Assembly (NCBI GenBank): GCA_963823665.1
Contig: CAWGMQ010000005.1
Span: forward strand, 1,568,001 to 1,632,000
DNA: 64,000 nucleotides
Direction of reading: 5' to 3'
DNA from: an uncultured Planctomycetota bacterium
Lineage (GTDB): Bacteria > Planctomycetota > Planctomycetia > Isosphaerales > Isosphaeraceae
In this document: piece by piece, positions 52,156-62,669 of the stretch
Numbering within the stretch: the stretch's first letter is position 1
Layout: each line of letters begins with the position of its first letter
Notes under the pieces: generated by a model
The model's input: the letters and a program-made list of their open reading frames with translations, nothing else
What the model was told of the DNA's origin: nothing
Databases searched by the model: none
Translations under genes and position numbers: made by a program

Positions 52156-54456
52156 GACCGATCGCGTGTATCCTGGCGTGCGTGGTTCTGTGGTTTTCCA
52201 CGGGATTCGTGGCGCGGGCTCAGGATCTTGGTTCGCCTTTGCCGGGGACGAAGGTGCTGACCATGACGGGCGACCTGGCGAGTGAAATGGTCGCGGGGGC
52301 GGATCGGTTTTTGCTCAAGCAGATCGAGGAATCGGCGGCCAAGCGGGAGAAGTACTGGAAGCGGGATTTTTCGTCGGCGGAGGCGTATCAGGCTTCGGTT
52401 GAGCCTAATCGCAAGCGGCTGGCGCACATTCTTGGGGTGCGGGATGCGCGGGTGCCTTCGGACGTGCGAAAAGTTGACAATGGCGTGGTAGCGGCCGCAG
52501 CCTTTTTTCCGGAGCTCAACGCGAGTTATCGGATCGATTCTGTGAGCTGGGCGGCTTTCGGGGATGTGACTGGCGAGGGGATCGAACTGGATCCGAAAAC
52601 CGTTCGGACCGGACCGCTGCCCGTCGTGATCGTGATTCCGGACGCGGACCAGTCGCCCGAGCAGCTTGCCGGTCTGGCTGAGGGCGTTCCGGCCGAATCG
52701 CAGGTGGCGCGGCAATTGGGCGAGAACGGCTATCGCGTTTTTATACCAGCGCTGATTGATCGGAAGGTGGCGGCTCGCAACGGCCGGGCGCGGTTGACGA
52801 ACCGCGAGTACCTCTATCGTTCGGCGTTCGAGCTGGGGCGGCACCTGATCGGCTACGAAGTTCAAAAGGTGCTGGGTCTGGTCGACGCTCTGACATCGAA
52901 TCGGCAAGGGCGCAAACAGAAGATCGTGGTTTTCGGCTACGGCGAAGGCGGCATGATTGCGCTTTATGCGGCGGCCCTCGATTCGCGGATCGGTGCTGTG
53001 TGTGTGAGCGGCTTTTTTGGTGATCGGAGCGACGTCTGGCGGCAGCCGGTTGACCGGAATGTATTCGGGTTGCTGGAGCAGTTTGGTGACGCCGAGGTGG
53101 CGAGCCTGATCGCGCCGCGGACGGTTGTGGTGGAGGCGTGTCGGGGGCCGGAGGTCGTCGTGCCGCCGGGGACTGGTGGTGCTCCGGGCCGGCTAGCAAC
53201 GACGAATCTTGAAACAGTCAAGGCTGAGGTTGAGAAGGCGCGGCGGCTGGTGGCGGGGATGAGCCCGGCTCGTTCCGATCGCGCTGGTTGTAAGCGGGCC
53301 TGATGGAAGCGGGCCGTTCGGGAGTGTCGAAGCCGTGCAGAAGCTCATCAACGTGCTCCCAGCGCCAGAGAAGCCGGTGCCGGCGAAGAATCAGGCGACG
53401 GTCGACCGAAGCGCGCGCGCAATGGCTCGCCAGGCGCGTCAGCTTCACGAGCTTGACCGGCATAGCCAGCAGCTTCTGGTCGAAAGCGCCGATGTGCGCC
53501 GCGAGTTCATGAAGAAGCTCGATGTTTCTTCGCTCGACGCGTTCAACAAGACCGTCGAGCCGTACCGCGAGTATTTTGCGACCGAAGTGATCGGGCGATT
53601 CGACGTGCCGGTGTTGCCGCCGAACGTCCGGTCGCGACGGATCTACGACGAGCCGCTGTACACGGGCTACGAAGTGGTGATGGACGTCTTTCCCGATGTT
53701 TTTGCGTACGGCATTCTGGTCTTGCCCAAGGGCATCAAGGAGGGCGAGAGGCGGGCCGTGGTGGTTTGCCAGCATGGGCTGGAGGGGCGGCCGCAGTATG
53801 TTGCCGACCCGAAGGTGGAGAACCCCTCATATCACAAATTTGCCATAGGGCTTGCCGAGAAGGGGTATATCACATTTGCGCCTCAGAATCTGTACATCTT
53901 CCAGGACCGGTTCCGCACGCTGCAGCGCAAGGCGAACCCGCTCAAGAAGACGTTGTTCTCGCTGATTGTGCCGCAGCATCAGCAGATCACGGACTGGCTC
54001 AAGTCGCTGCCGTACGTTGACCCGGGGAAGATCGCGTTTTACGGGCTGAGCTACGGCGGGAAGTCGGCGATGCGGATTCCGCCGCTGGTGAAGAATTACT
54101 GTCTTTCGATCTGCTCGGCGGATTTCAACGAATGGGTGTGGAAGAACGCGTCGACAAAGAGCCCGTACAGCTATGTGTGGACGCCGGAGTACGAGATTTT
54201 CGAGTTCGATCTGGGGAGCACGTTCAATTACGCGGAGATGGCAGCGCTCATTGCACCTCGGCCGTTCATGGTCGAGCGCGGTCATTTCGACGGTGTGTCA
54301 TCGGACGAAGCGGTCGCTTACGAGTTTGCCAAGGTGAACTTTCTGTACGATGCCAAGCTCGGGATCGGGGACCGCTGTGCGATCGAGTTCTTCGTCGGTC
54401 CGCACACCATCAACGGTAAGGGAACCTTCGCGTTTCTTGAGAAGCATTTGAAGTAA
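52145..54456 (+). CDS. Secreted double alpha/beta-hydrolase (dienelactone hydrolase-like) with frameshift(s) at ~53270-53335; start approximate
   Basis: 'GYGEGG' and 'GLSYGG' nucleophile-elbow motifs, 'VVCQHGLEG', 'LIAPRPFMVE'. Confidence 0.75.
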
Positions 54457-54466
54457 TCGAATCGTG

Positions 54467-55954
54467 TCAGAGCTCCCAGACGCGGCGGCCTTTCAGGAAC
54501 ATGGTGATGTAGCCGTCTTCGCTCACTTTCAGCACGGGTCCGTGCTGGGAGGCAGCCAGGCCGGCCAGGGTGCGTGCGCCCTGGACGGCCCTGCCGAGCT
54601 CGAGTGTTTCCGGGGCGATTCGCAGGATGGCGCCGAAGGTGATCAGGTTGCCGTTCGAGTCGACGACCACGGCGCCGTCCAGGCAGGCGATTGCCTCGAG
54701 GACCGAGGGCTCGATGTCGGCCAGCTTCATGCCCCTCACGACGTGATGAAGGGCTCGCTTGGCGTGTTTGGGCGAGAGGTTTTCGGGATCCTGGGGGTCG
54801 TCGCGGACGATTTCGGTCTTGATCTGATCGGCGGGGGCGACGAGCTGCGGCACGGAATGCTCGGGGTCGCGCACCACGACGAAGAGTGCACCCAGGCGTG
54901 CTTCGCACAGGTTGAGTGCGGCCTGGAAGATCGAGGATGCGAGCTCGCGCCAGCCGGAATGTCCGACCGCGGCGCACCAGACTGCGAACTTGCTGGGGAT
55001 ATCGAGCAATCGCCAGCGAGCGTCGCTGAAGCTAAACATCAGGGTCCCTTCGGCGAAGACCTTGATTTCCTGGGAGGGAGAGAGGACGAGGCAGACGTGG
55101 CCGCCGGAGCGAGTGGCCTTGGCATGGCTCAAGTAGGGGCGTGGGCAGGGATGGACCAGGGGCTCGCTACCCTGGGTGGCCTCTGCCCAGCGGGCGATGT
55201 CGATCATGCGGACGAGGTCACCCTGGCGATCGACCAGGAAAAGGGTGCGGACGCCGTCGCAGAGGCGGTGGAAGCCCTTGATGGCGGTGAGGCGTGCGGT
55301 GAAGCTGGGTGCACCCTCGATGTTCTTGTAGGCCGGGGCGGCTTGATCGTGCTCGGTGCCGAGCAAAAGGGCACCAGTGGAGACTTTCCGGTTCTCGTAT
55401 GTCGAGAGCGCTGCGACGCGAAGTGCCTCGAGAGCAGCGGGTATGCGGTAGGGGCTGATCGAATCGAGGTAGTCGGCGACGATCAAGTCTTCCGTCTGAT
55501 ACTGGAAACGCTCGAAGCGGTGGGTGATCTCCTGATTGAAGAGCCCGCGAAATCGAAGGTCGATGGCCTCGACGATGACCTCGACCAAACGGCGTTCGGT
55601 CGCCAGAAGCGGAGATGGATTTCCGGGCTGGAACATCAGCCGGGTTCCGAGCCACTCGATCTCGACACCGAGGCCGTCGGCATCGTCGTGGAGACGATAG
55701 TAGGTCTCGTCTGCCGAGCCATCCCAGTCGATGATGCTTCGATCGCCGGCGACGTCGAGGACGGCGTCGGGAAAGAAATGCTCAAGCGTACGCCTGAGCA
55801 CCATATGGTAGACGCCCACGATTCGAGAAATCGGCCCGCCGGTGCGCTCGGCCTTTATCGACGATCTCAAGTCAGGGGGGTAATGCATGCGTTTCCGTGC
55901 ATTCCGAAAGTGATTGCGATGCCCGTGAGCGCGGTTCAGGTGTCTCATTGCCAT
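54467..55954 (-). CDS. DisA_N/diadenylate cyclase (DAC)-domain protein with N-terminal extension; start uncertain
   Basis: 'GALFVV', 'DGAVVV', 'FGAIL', 'GARTLA', 'KVSEDG'. Confidence 0.8.
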   Translation of the reverse strand: MAMRHLNRAHGHRNHFRNARKRMHYPPDLRSSIKAERTGGPISRIVGVYHMVLRRTLEHFFPDAVLDVAGDRSIIDWDGSADETYYRLHDDADGLGVEIEWLGTRLMFQPGNPSPLLATERRLVEVIVEAIDLRFRGLFNQEITHRFERFQYQTEDLIVADYLDSISPYRIPAALEALRVAALSTYENRKVSTGALLLGTEHDQAAPAYKNIEGAPSFTARLTAIKGFHRLCDGVRTLFLVDRQGDLVRMIDIARWAEATQGSEPLVHPCPRPYLSHAKATRSGGHVCLVLSPSQEIKVFAEGTLMFSFSDARWRLLDIPSKFAVWCAAVGHSGWRELASSIFQAALNLCEARLGALFVVVRDPEHSVPQLVAPADQIKTEIVRDDPQDPENLSPKHAKRALHHVVRGMKLADIEPSVLEAIACLDGAVVVDSNGNLITFGAILRIAPETLELGRAVQGARTLAGLAASQHGPVLKVSEDGYITMFLKGRRVWEL

Positions 55955-56339
55955 GAGCGACAGAATCCATTCTGTATTCGGAACGCCGATCGATCCAGCG
56001 TCTCGCGCCTCGCATCAATCCATCGAATGAGGCAGCAGGTTACACGGCGGAAGGATTATCGAGCAAGTTCGGCTGAACCCACGTTCAATCTTAACGGATT
56101 TCGGGGTTGGGGAGATGACAGGTTATCCGACCGAAACGTGATTGAAGCAGCACTGGCCGGAAGGTCGATGAAAAGCCGAGTGTGGTGGGTCAGGCAGGCA
56201 CCGGACTTGCCGCCAAGTCGAACTCCTGTTACGATCCGCCGCTTTTCGGCGCGGCAAGCCGAGACCTGGGATCGATCGCCGGAGCTGGAGACGGACTCGA
56301 TCAAGGCGGGCGGTCGCGTTTTGAAGGGAGACGGATGAG

Positions 56340-57002
56340 ATGACCCACGGGCGTGTATGGCTTCGCCGCGGCGTCCTGGTCGTGACGGCGGCGGTTGCGC
56401 TGCAACAGCTCTGGCGTCATGGCCATGATTATGTTTTCCCGAGCCGGCTGGTCACTGTCGAATCGGGCAAGATCTTCCGAGGAGCCTGGCAGAAGCCCTG
56501 GCCGATGCGCGCGATCATTCACGATCACAAGATCAAGACGGTTCTCGCGCTCGCCCACACGATCGACGATCCGCTCGTGATCGCGGAGAAGGAACTCTGT
56601 GGTCAACTGCGTGTGAACTGGGTGCATATTCCGATCGTGGATCAACGAGGCACGGGCGACAAGGCTGCTGAAGAAGGGATCTCGGATCTTCTTGAACGGG
56701 CAACCGGCATTCTGGCCGATCCGGGCAATTATCCCGTGTTCTTCCACTGCCACCACGGTCTCAACCGAACATCGATGGTTCAGATTGCGTATCGAACCAA
56801 GTATTGCGGCTGGACTCTCGAGCAGGCGGCGGACGAGATTGAGCGCACCGTCGGGCTCGTCAAGGTGAACCACGGGCCGGACTACCGGCATATGGTGTCA
56901 TTTTACGAGACGCGTGTGTTGCCGTTGCGCCGAGCAGCCGCCAAGACAGGCCCCGCCGCCGCGATGACACTCAAGGACCAAAATGAACAAGCGACGAAAT
57001 AG
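56340..57002 (+). CDS. Dual-specificity/tyrosine phosphatase-family protein
   Basis: CX5R motif 'HCHHGLNRT'. Confidence 0.85.
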   Translation: MTHGRVWLRRGVLVVTAAVALQQLWRHGHDYVFPSRLVTVESGKIFRGAWQKPWPMRAIIHDHKIKTVLALAHTIDDPLVIAEKELCGQLRVNWVHIPIVDQRGTGDKAAEEGISDLLERATGILADPGNYPVFFHCHHGLNRTSMVQIAYRTKYCGWTLEQAADEIERTVGLVKVNHGPDYRHMVSFYETRVLPLRRAAAKTGPAAAMTLKDQNEQATK

Positions 57003-57195
57003 ATAGACGATCGGCGAATCCCGCCGGTGTTTGTTCGTACATGCTCAAACGCTTCTTGATTCCGACACGATCATGATTACAATGAAGATTTGACACCGGC
57101 CGGGATGAAGCCACAAGACTTAGTTCATCCTGGTGTTACGACGAGCGATTTTCTTTCAACTGCTGGCGGCTACGCCGGCTCCGGAGGTTCCTCTA

Positions 57196-57706
57196 TTGAC
57201 GATCCGCCCTGCACGCGTGAGCGACGTTCCGGGAATTCAACAGCAAATCCAGGTGTTCGCCGATCGGGGACTGATGATCCGCCGGTCGCTAGCGGAGTTA
57301 TACCAGGCGGTTCGCGAATTCGCGGTCGCGGTGGATCAAGAGAATCGGGTCATCGGCTGCGTGGCGCTCCACGTATTCTGGGATGACCTCGCCGAGATCA
57401 GGTGCCTGGCGGTTGCGCCCGACGTGCAGGGTCTGGGAATTGGCCGGCGACTGGTTGAGGCTTGCTGGGAGCTGGCGCCGCGAGCTCGAGGTCAAATCCG
57501 TCTTCGCCTTGACGAGCTCGACCGGATTCTTCGAGCGGTGCGGCTATCAGCAGATCGAGAAGACGGAACTGCCTCAGGCGGTCTGGAGCGAATGTGTTCG
57601 CTGTCCATCGTTTCCGAATTGCCAGGAAACAGCACTAATTCGTTCGGTTGACCGCGAGGGGAACGCAGCGGAGGGGGCACCGAGGCTTGCGGCCGCCGAC
57701 GTATGA
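57196..57706 (+). CDS. GNAT acetyltransferase (short ArgA-like), frameshift near 57480
   Basis: 'LAEIRCLAV...QGLGIGRRLV' then 'VFALT...FF..CGY...LPQAVWSEC..CP.F..C.E'; SD 'ggagg'. Confidence 0.85.
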
Positions 57707-57787
57707 CGGCGGTACGACTATTCGAGTGACAACATGACCCCAAGCGCGCGGTAGAGCCCAATCAAACAACAGGCTTGCACTGTGGGA

Positions 57788-59965
57788 ATGCGGAAGGCGC
57801 GGAAGGCGCGGATCGAGGCACATCTGGTCGGTGTGTGCGTTGCTTTCGTCACCGCGTTCTTGATGATCCTCACCGAACCGATGATGGCCATCGTGTGGGA
57901 CGAGGGTTACACCCTCGGCCGGGAAGAGAGCCTGCGCGACTGGTTCCGTGCTCTGCGCGATCCTCCGCGGTTCGCGGCCAAATGGCAGCCTCGACAACGG
58001 GATGACGAACTGGTTCAACGGCCGCCGAGCACACCGGCGCCTCGACGTGAGCAAATCGATACTCGAAGCAAGCTTCTCTTCGACAGCGCCGTCCTGGCGT
58101 GGTTCTGGCCGTTTGCCCGCGAGGAACCGCACGGTCATCCTCCGTTCTACGCCTTGCTCGGCCTGGTTGGAGATTTTGTGGCTCCATCGTGGCAGGAGCT
58201 ACCGCGAGCGAGGCTGGGGCCGATTCTGCTGTTCAGCGTGACGGCGGGAGTGGTCTTTTCGTTCGTTGCGGCCCGCTGGGGGCACTGGCCGGCGGCCCTG
58301 GCAGCGGGAAGCTGGGTGCTCCAGCCCAATCTGTTCGGGCACGGTCATTACGCGGCCTATGATGCCGTGTTGTTATCTTTATGGGTTCTAGCCATCGTTG
58401 CGTTTACCTGGGCGGTTGACCCCGCAGGTGGGGGTGCGGGGGGGCGGTGGAGCCGCTGGGTTGCCGTGGCTGTATTCGGGGCGATTCTGGGTTGCGCGGC
58501 GGGTACGAAGCTGACCGGCTGGTTCCTGCCGCTGCCGTTTCTGGGTTGGGCCGTCTTGTACCGCAGCCGCCAGGGCTTCGTCACGCTGGCGGCCGGCGCA
58601 ATCATCGCCGCGGTCGTGCTGTTCATCCTACTGCCTCCGTGGTGGAGCGAGCCGGTGGTCGGATTATTTCGGTTTCTGGATTCCAACCTGAATCGAGCGA
58701 AATCGATCCTCATCAAGATTCAATTTCTGGGCACAACGTACGAAACCCCAAAGCAATCCCTGCCGTGGTACAACACGATCTTGTGGACCGTATTCGTGAC
58801 TCCGGTCGGGTTTCTCCTGCTGGGTGCCCTGGGCATCTGGACGGCCGTTCGGCATTGGCGAAGCGAATCATTGGGCGTGCTGTTCGCCGGTCACTGGTTG
58901 TTCCTGGTGCTCTTGCGGGCGATGCCTCACGTGCCGGGGCACGATGGAGTGCGGCTTTTTCTGCCGGCGTTCGGGGTGCTCGCTCTGCTGGGCGGGCTGG
59001 GTGCCCGCAAATTACTTGAGTGGTCGAGCCGATGGGGCAAGGTGGGGATTGGCGCGGCACTTTTTGAGGGCGCGGTCAGTGTCGCGGTGATGATGCCGGT
59101 GCCGCTCTCTTATTTCAGCCCAATTGTTGGCGGGCTTCCCGGCGCGGCGAAGCTGGGTATGGAGCCGACGTATTACTGGGATGCGCTCAGCCCGGAGGCC
59201 CGGCGCTGGCTTTCGGACCATACGTTGCCCGGGCGGACGATCGACTTTCGAGGCTTCCCGAATTCGTGGCTCTACCTGCGCCGGACGGGTGAGCTGCCGC
59301 AACAATTGGCACGCGTCGACCGTGGTATACCACAATGGGTCGTGCTGCAGAACCGTCCCGGGGCGTTTTCAGACGCAGACCGTGCGCTCTTGGCGAACGG
59401 TCGCCCGGAGTTTGAGGTCAAGAAGCTTGGCGTCCCCTTGATCTGGATCTTTCCCTACGCCGATCCGGACCGGTTCAATGGGCCGCGAACAAATCGAAGC
59501 AAGGAATACCCCAAGCGGGTGCGGCAAGAGTTCGCCGGGCACCCGCTGGGGTTGCTCCGTCTTGGAGAATGGTCACGATCTCGACTGCGTGATGCAGACT
59601 ATCGTGTGAGCTTGGCGGGAAGATCGCCGGAGGACCGGTCAGCGCTGGGCCGAGGCTTGGGGCGAGGGTGCGGCATAGTTGTAGACGACCGGCGCGGGCG
59701 TCACGCAGGCCACGACCACCGGAGCACACGTCTTCTTCTGACAGAACTTGGGCAGGCAAAGCTTGGGCAAGGTGATCTTGCAGCACTTCACCTTCGGTGC
59801 GCACGTAGGGGCAGGTTTGCAGTAGGCCACTTTTCGCACGCACGGAACCGGGGGTGTGGGGCAAACTGTGGGAGCCACACAAACCGCGGGAGCCGCACAA
59901 ACTGGTGCCTTATGCGCACAATTCCTCTTCCAACACGCCTCGGCGTTCCCGGTCAGGACCATTGA
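57788..59965 (+). CDS. GT-C fold (PMT/ArnT-like, family 39) glycosyltransferase; true end probably near 59470-59530
   Basis: 'WDE', 'HPPF', many TM helices, 'HDGVRLFLP', 'LSYFS'; the tail overlaps an antisense gene. Confidence 0.8.
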   Translation: MRKARKARIEAHLVGVCVAFVTAFLMILTEPMMAIVWDEGYTLGREESLRDWFRALRDPPRFAAKWQPRQRDDELVQRPPSTPAPRREQIDTRSKLLFDSAVLAWFWPFAREEPHGHPPFYALLGLVGDFVAPSWQELPRARLGPILLFSVTAGVVFSFVAARWGHWPAALAAGSWVLQPNLFGHGHYAAYDAVLLSLWVLAIVAFTWAVDPAGGGAGGRWSRWVAVAVFGAILGCAAGTKLTGWFLPLPFLGWAVLYRSRQGFVTLAAGAIIAAVVLFILLPPWWSEPVVGLFRFLDSNLNRAKSILIKIQFLGTTYETPKQSLPWYNTILWTVFVTPVGFLLLGALGIWTAVRHWRSESLGVLFAGHWLFLVLLRAMPHVPGHDGVRLFLPAFGVLALLGGLGARKLLEWSSRWGKVGIGAALFEGAVSVAVMMPVPLSYFSPIVGGLPGAAKLGMEPTYYWDALSPEARRWLSDHTLPGRTIDFRGFPNSWLYLRRTGELPQQLARVDRGIPQWVVLQNRPGAFSDADRALLANGRPEFEVKKLGVPLIWIFPYADPDRFNGPRTNRSKEYPKRVRQEFAGHPLGLLRLGEWSRSRLRDADYRVSLAGRSPEDRSALGRGLGRGCGIVVDDRRGRHAGHDHRSTRLLLTELGQAKLGQGDLAALHLRCARRGRFAVGHFSHARNRGCGANCGSHTNRGSRTNWCLMRTIPLPTRLGVPGQDH

Positions 59966-60010
59966 CCCCAAGATTCCCCCGAGGATCAATGTCGTTAGGT
60001 GCCTTACCAT
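59639..60010 (-). CDS. Small secreted Cys/Pro/Lys-rich protein
   Basis: Signal peptide ending 'NAEA', 14 Cys in the mature part; SD 'aaggag'. Confidence 0.75.
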   Translation of the reverse strand: MVRHLTTLILGGILGSMVLTGNAEACWKRNCAHKAPVCAAPAVCVAPTVCPTPPVPCVRKVAYCKPAPTCAPKVKCCKITLPKLCLPKFCQKKTCAPVVVACVTPAPVVYNYAAPSPQASAQR

Positions 60011-60167
60011 CGATGCATCTCCTTGAGAAAAACCGCGCGGACCCGGCCCGAACAACTGGCCGCTCGATCAACGCGATATCGGAACTAGGAAAGCTGAGGA
60101 CTTTCCCGGAAGGTAGGGTAAATAATCCGGCGCTGGATTTCAAACCCCCTATCCGATTCGACAAACG

Positions 60168-62669
60168 TTGTGTGATTGCATGGATTTGAAACTAATCGCG
60201 GGCAACTCATCGCATGTTGGGAATGCCTCAGGTGTTTGCGAGGATGGATCGAGAACACAGGGTGCCCACGTCCTGACGCGATTGTCGGGCGAGAACCAAG
60301 GACGCCGTCGCCTCGGGTCGTGGACGGGCGCGTGCCGGGTGAGAGTGGCCACCCTGATTGTCTTCATTCTCGCGCTCGCCGCACTCGTTCCCACCGTCGG
60401 AGACTTCGGTCTGACGTGGGATGAGCCAGCTTACCGGTACAGCCAGGTGCTTTCCGCCCAGTGGTGGGAGGAGCTGGCTCAAGTGCGCGACTTGGATCAG
60501 TTGGAGACGGTGTTCGATCCCGTCACGCTGCTCTATTACTGGCCTTATGGTCGTTATGGGCTCAATTTCCACCCACCGCTGGCAGGTCAGCTTAATCTGG
60601 CGAGTTACGCAATCCTGGGCTTCTGGTTCGCGGATATCCCCGCGCGGCGGATGGCGAGCGTATTCGAGTTTGCCCTGACGATTGTGATTGGCTTCCATTT
60701 CATGGCGCGCCGTTATGGAGTCTGGGTTGGTTTCGCGATGGCCGGCTCATTACTTTTCATGCCGCGGATCTATGGGCAGGCGCACTTGATCGACACGGAC
60801 ACGCCCGGTCTCTTGTTGTGGGCGGCGACCACGCTTGCGTTCTGGAAGGGCGTTCACGAGCCGGGGGCGAGAGGCTGGCGGATCGCTGTGGGCGTGCTGA
60901 TCGGACTGGCATTCATCGAAAAGCTAAGCGCCCTCGCCGTGCTTGTACCACTCTTGCTATGGATGATCGGCGGGCACATTCTGAGGACGATCAGTCGCCC
61001 GGGGGGACGGTTCGACTGGATGGACGGTTTGCTGACAACCAGTGCGATGCTGGCTCCGCTGGCGGTGGCGTTCGAGCAGATCCTGATGTTGCAACAGCGG
61101 CTTCCGCCCCCCATCTTGACGGACCTGTTCGAAGTCCGCCCGGCCGGTGACTGGTCTGGGACAATCCTGGCTGTACCTCTGTTCGTGTGGCTGTTCAGGA
61201 GACTGCTCGGGAGATTATTTCAGAAGAGCAGGCTATGGGGCAGGGAACGACCGGCACTCGAGACTTGGTCGGCCATTCTGGCGTTTGCTCCGGTGGTGAG
61301 CTGGCTCGGCAACCCAGCTTGGTGGCGTGAGACTCTACCACGGCTGGCACATTATTACACGCTCTGCAACGGGCGGCGCGGCGCGTTGCCCGATATCCAG
61401 ATCATCTACTTCGGCCAGGTCTACGAATACAGCCTCCCGTGGCATAACGGCTGGGTGTTCCTGGGTATCACGGTGCCGGTGGCGGTTCTGGGCGCGGCGG
61501 CGATTGGTCTCTTGTGGGCGCTCGGACAGATCAGGAAAGACCGTCTCCCTCTCTATTTCCTGATCCACCTCGTGACGCTGCCGTTCATTCGAACGTTCGA
61601 GACGCCCGCTCACGACGGGGTTCGGCTCTTCCTGCCGGCGTTCTTCTTCCTGGCGGCGTTCGCCGGCTGGGGGGCAATCTGGTCGGCTGATTTCCTGGCG
61701 GGCAAGGTTCGGGTGGCTCGAAGCGTCTTGCGGCTGGTGGTATCGGGTGTTGTTGTTGGTTCGAGCGCAGTGGCGCTGGCCGCCATTCATCCCTACGAGC
61801 TTTCATACTATAACGAACTGATCGGTGGACCACGCGGCGCGTGGGCGAAGGGCTTTGAGCTCTCCTACTGGTACGATGCCTTCAACCCCCCGTTTATTCG
61901 AGCGGTGAACGCCAAGATGCCGCGCGGAGCGGAGGTCGATCTGCTCAATCAAATGACGAACGTGGTCACCTTTCAGGAACTGCAAAGCTTGGGCTTGCTA
62001 CGCCGCGATATCGTACTGATTTCGCGTCAGCCCGATCGGTTTCCGTACGCGTGGCTTCTGACCCAGGATTCGAAGGCAACGGCTCTCACGCGGCTGATGT
62101 TTGCAATGCGCCCGTGGTACGCCAGCGAGCCGCGCCAGCTTGGCGGGGCGCGAGTGGCGTCGGTTATCGACCCGATCGCGGTTTCACGCGCCTGGGCGCT
62201 GCAGGTGCTGCTCGACAGCAGCGGAGAGCGTAGAGAAGAGCCTCTGGCGCCGGAGTGGGTGAGGCGGCACGCGCCGTGGGCGGCTCGCTTCTGGGGCGAA
62301 GGACTCACGAGGGTGCCCCCGCTGGCGGTCTGTGACGAGGTGCTCGAATGGTCACGATCCGATCCTGTCGGGCTTCTTGCCGCCGGACGACACATCGCGG
62401 CGAATCAGCCTGTGGAAGCAACCAGCAGCGGCGGGCGATTGATGCGACTCTTGACCCAGGATCCCAATCCCAAAGGTCTGCGTCACCTTTACTTGAAGGC
62501 GCTCATGCATGCGCGCCCCGAGGCTCTGGTCGAGGCGATCCAGATGCTCAATGCACGCTCAGGCGATATCGAGCGGATACTGCTTCGATATGGCTACACT
62601 GAGCCCGGATCGATTGGCGGCTATCTCGATCGAGGCCTTTCTGATCCACTAATTGACGGAGCAGAATGA
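60168..62669 (+). CDS. Second GT-C fold (family 39) glycosyltransferase; start uncertain
   Basis: 'TWDEPAY', 'HPPL', 'HDGVRLFLP', 'LSYYNELIGG'. Confidence 0.82.
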   Translation: MCDCMDLKLIAGNSSHVGNASGVCEDGSRTQGAHVLTRLSGENQGRRRLGSWTGACRVRVATLIVFILALAALVPTVGDFGLTWDEPAYRYSQVLSAQWWEELAQVRDLDQLETVFDPVTLLYYWPYGRYGLNFHPPLAGQLNLASYAILGFWFADIPARRMASVFEFALTIVIGFHFMARRYGVWVGFAMAGSLLFMPRIYGQAHLIDTDTPGLLLWAATTLAFWKGVHEPGARGWRIAVGVLIGLAFIEKLSALAVLVPLLLWMIGGHILRTISRPGGRFDWMDGLLTTSAMLAPLAVAFEQILMLQQRLPPPILTDLFEVRPAGDWSGTILAVPLFVWLFRRLLGRLFQKSRLWGRERPALETWSAILAFAPVVSWLGNPAWWRETLPRLAHYYTLCNGRRGALPDIQIIYFGQVYEYSLPWHNGWVFLGITVPVAVLGAAAIGLLWALGQIRKDRLPLYFLIHLVTLPFIRTFETPAHDGVRLFLPAFFFLAAFAGWGAIWSADFLAGKVRVARSVLRLVVSGVVVGSSAVALAAIHPYELSYYNELIGGPRGAWAKGFELSYWYDAFNPPFIRAVNAKMPRGAEVDLLNQMTNVVTFQELQSLGLLRRDIVLISRQPDRFPYAWLLTQDSKATALTRLMFAMRPWYASEPRQLGGARVASVIDPIAVSRAWALQVLLDSSGERREEPLAPEWVRRHAPWAARFWGEGLTRVPPLAVCDEVLEWSRSDPVGLLAAGRHIAANQPVEATSSGGRLMRLLTQDPNPKGLRHLYLKALMHARPEALVEAIQMLNARSGDIERILLRYGYTEPGSIGGYLDRGLSDPLIDGAE

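Noticed and set aside
54464..56338. 624-aa plus-strand ORF
   Set aside because: Antisense shadow of the DAC gene, typical of high-GC DNA
59480..59965. C-terminal extension of the first GT39
   Set aside because: Low-complexity read-through overlapping the better-supported antisense Cys-rich gene
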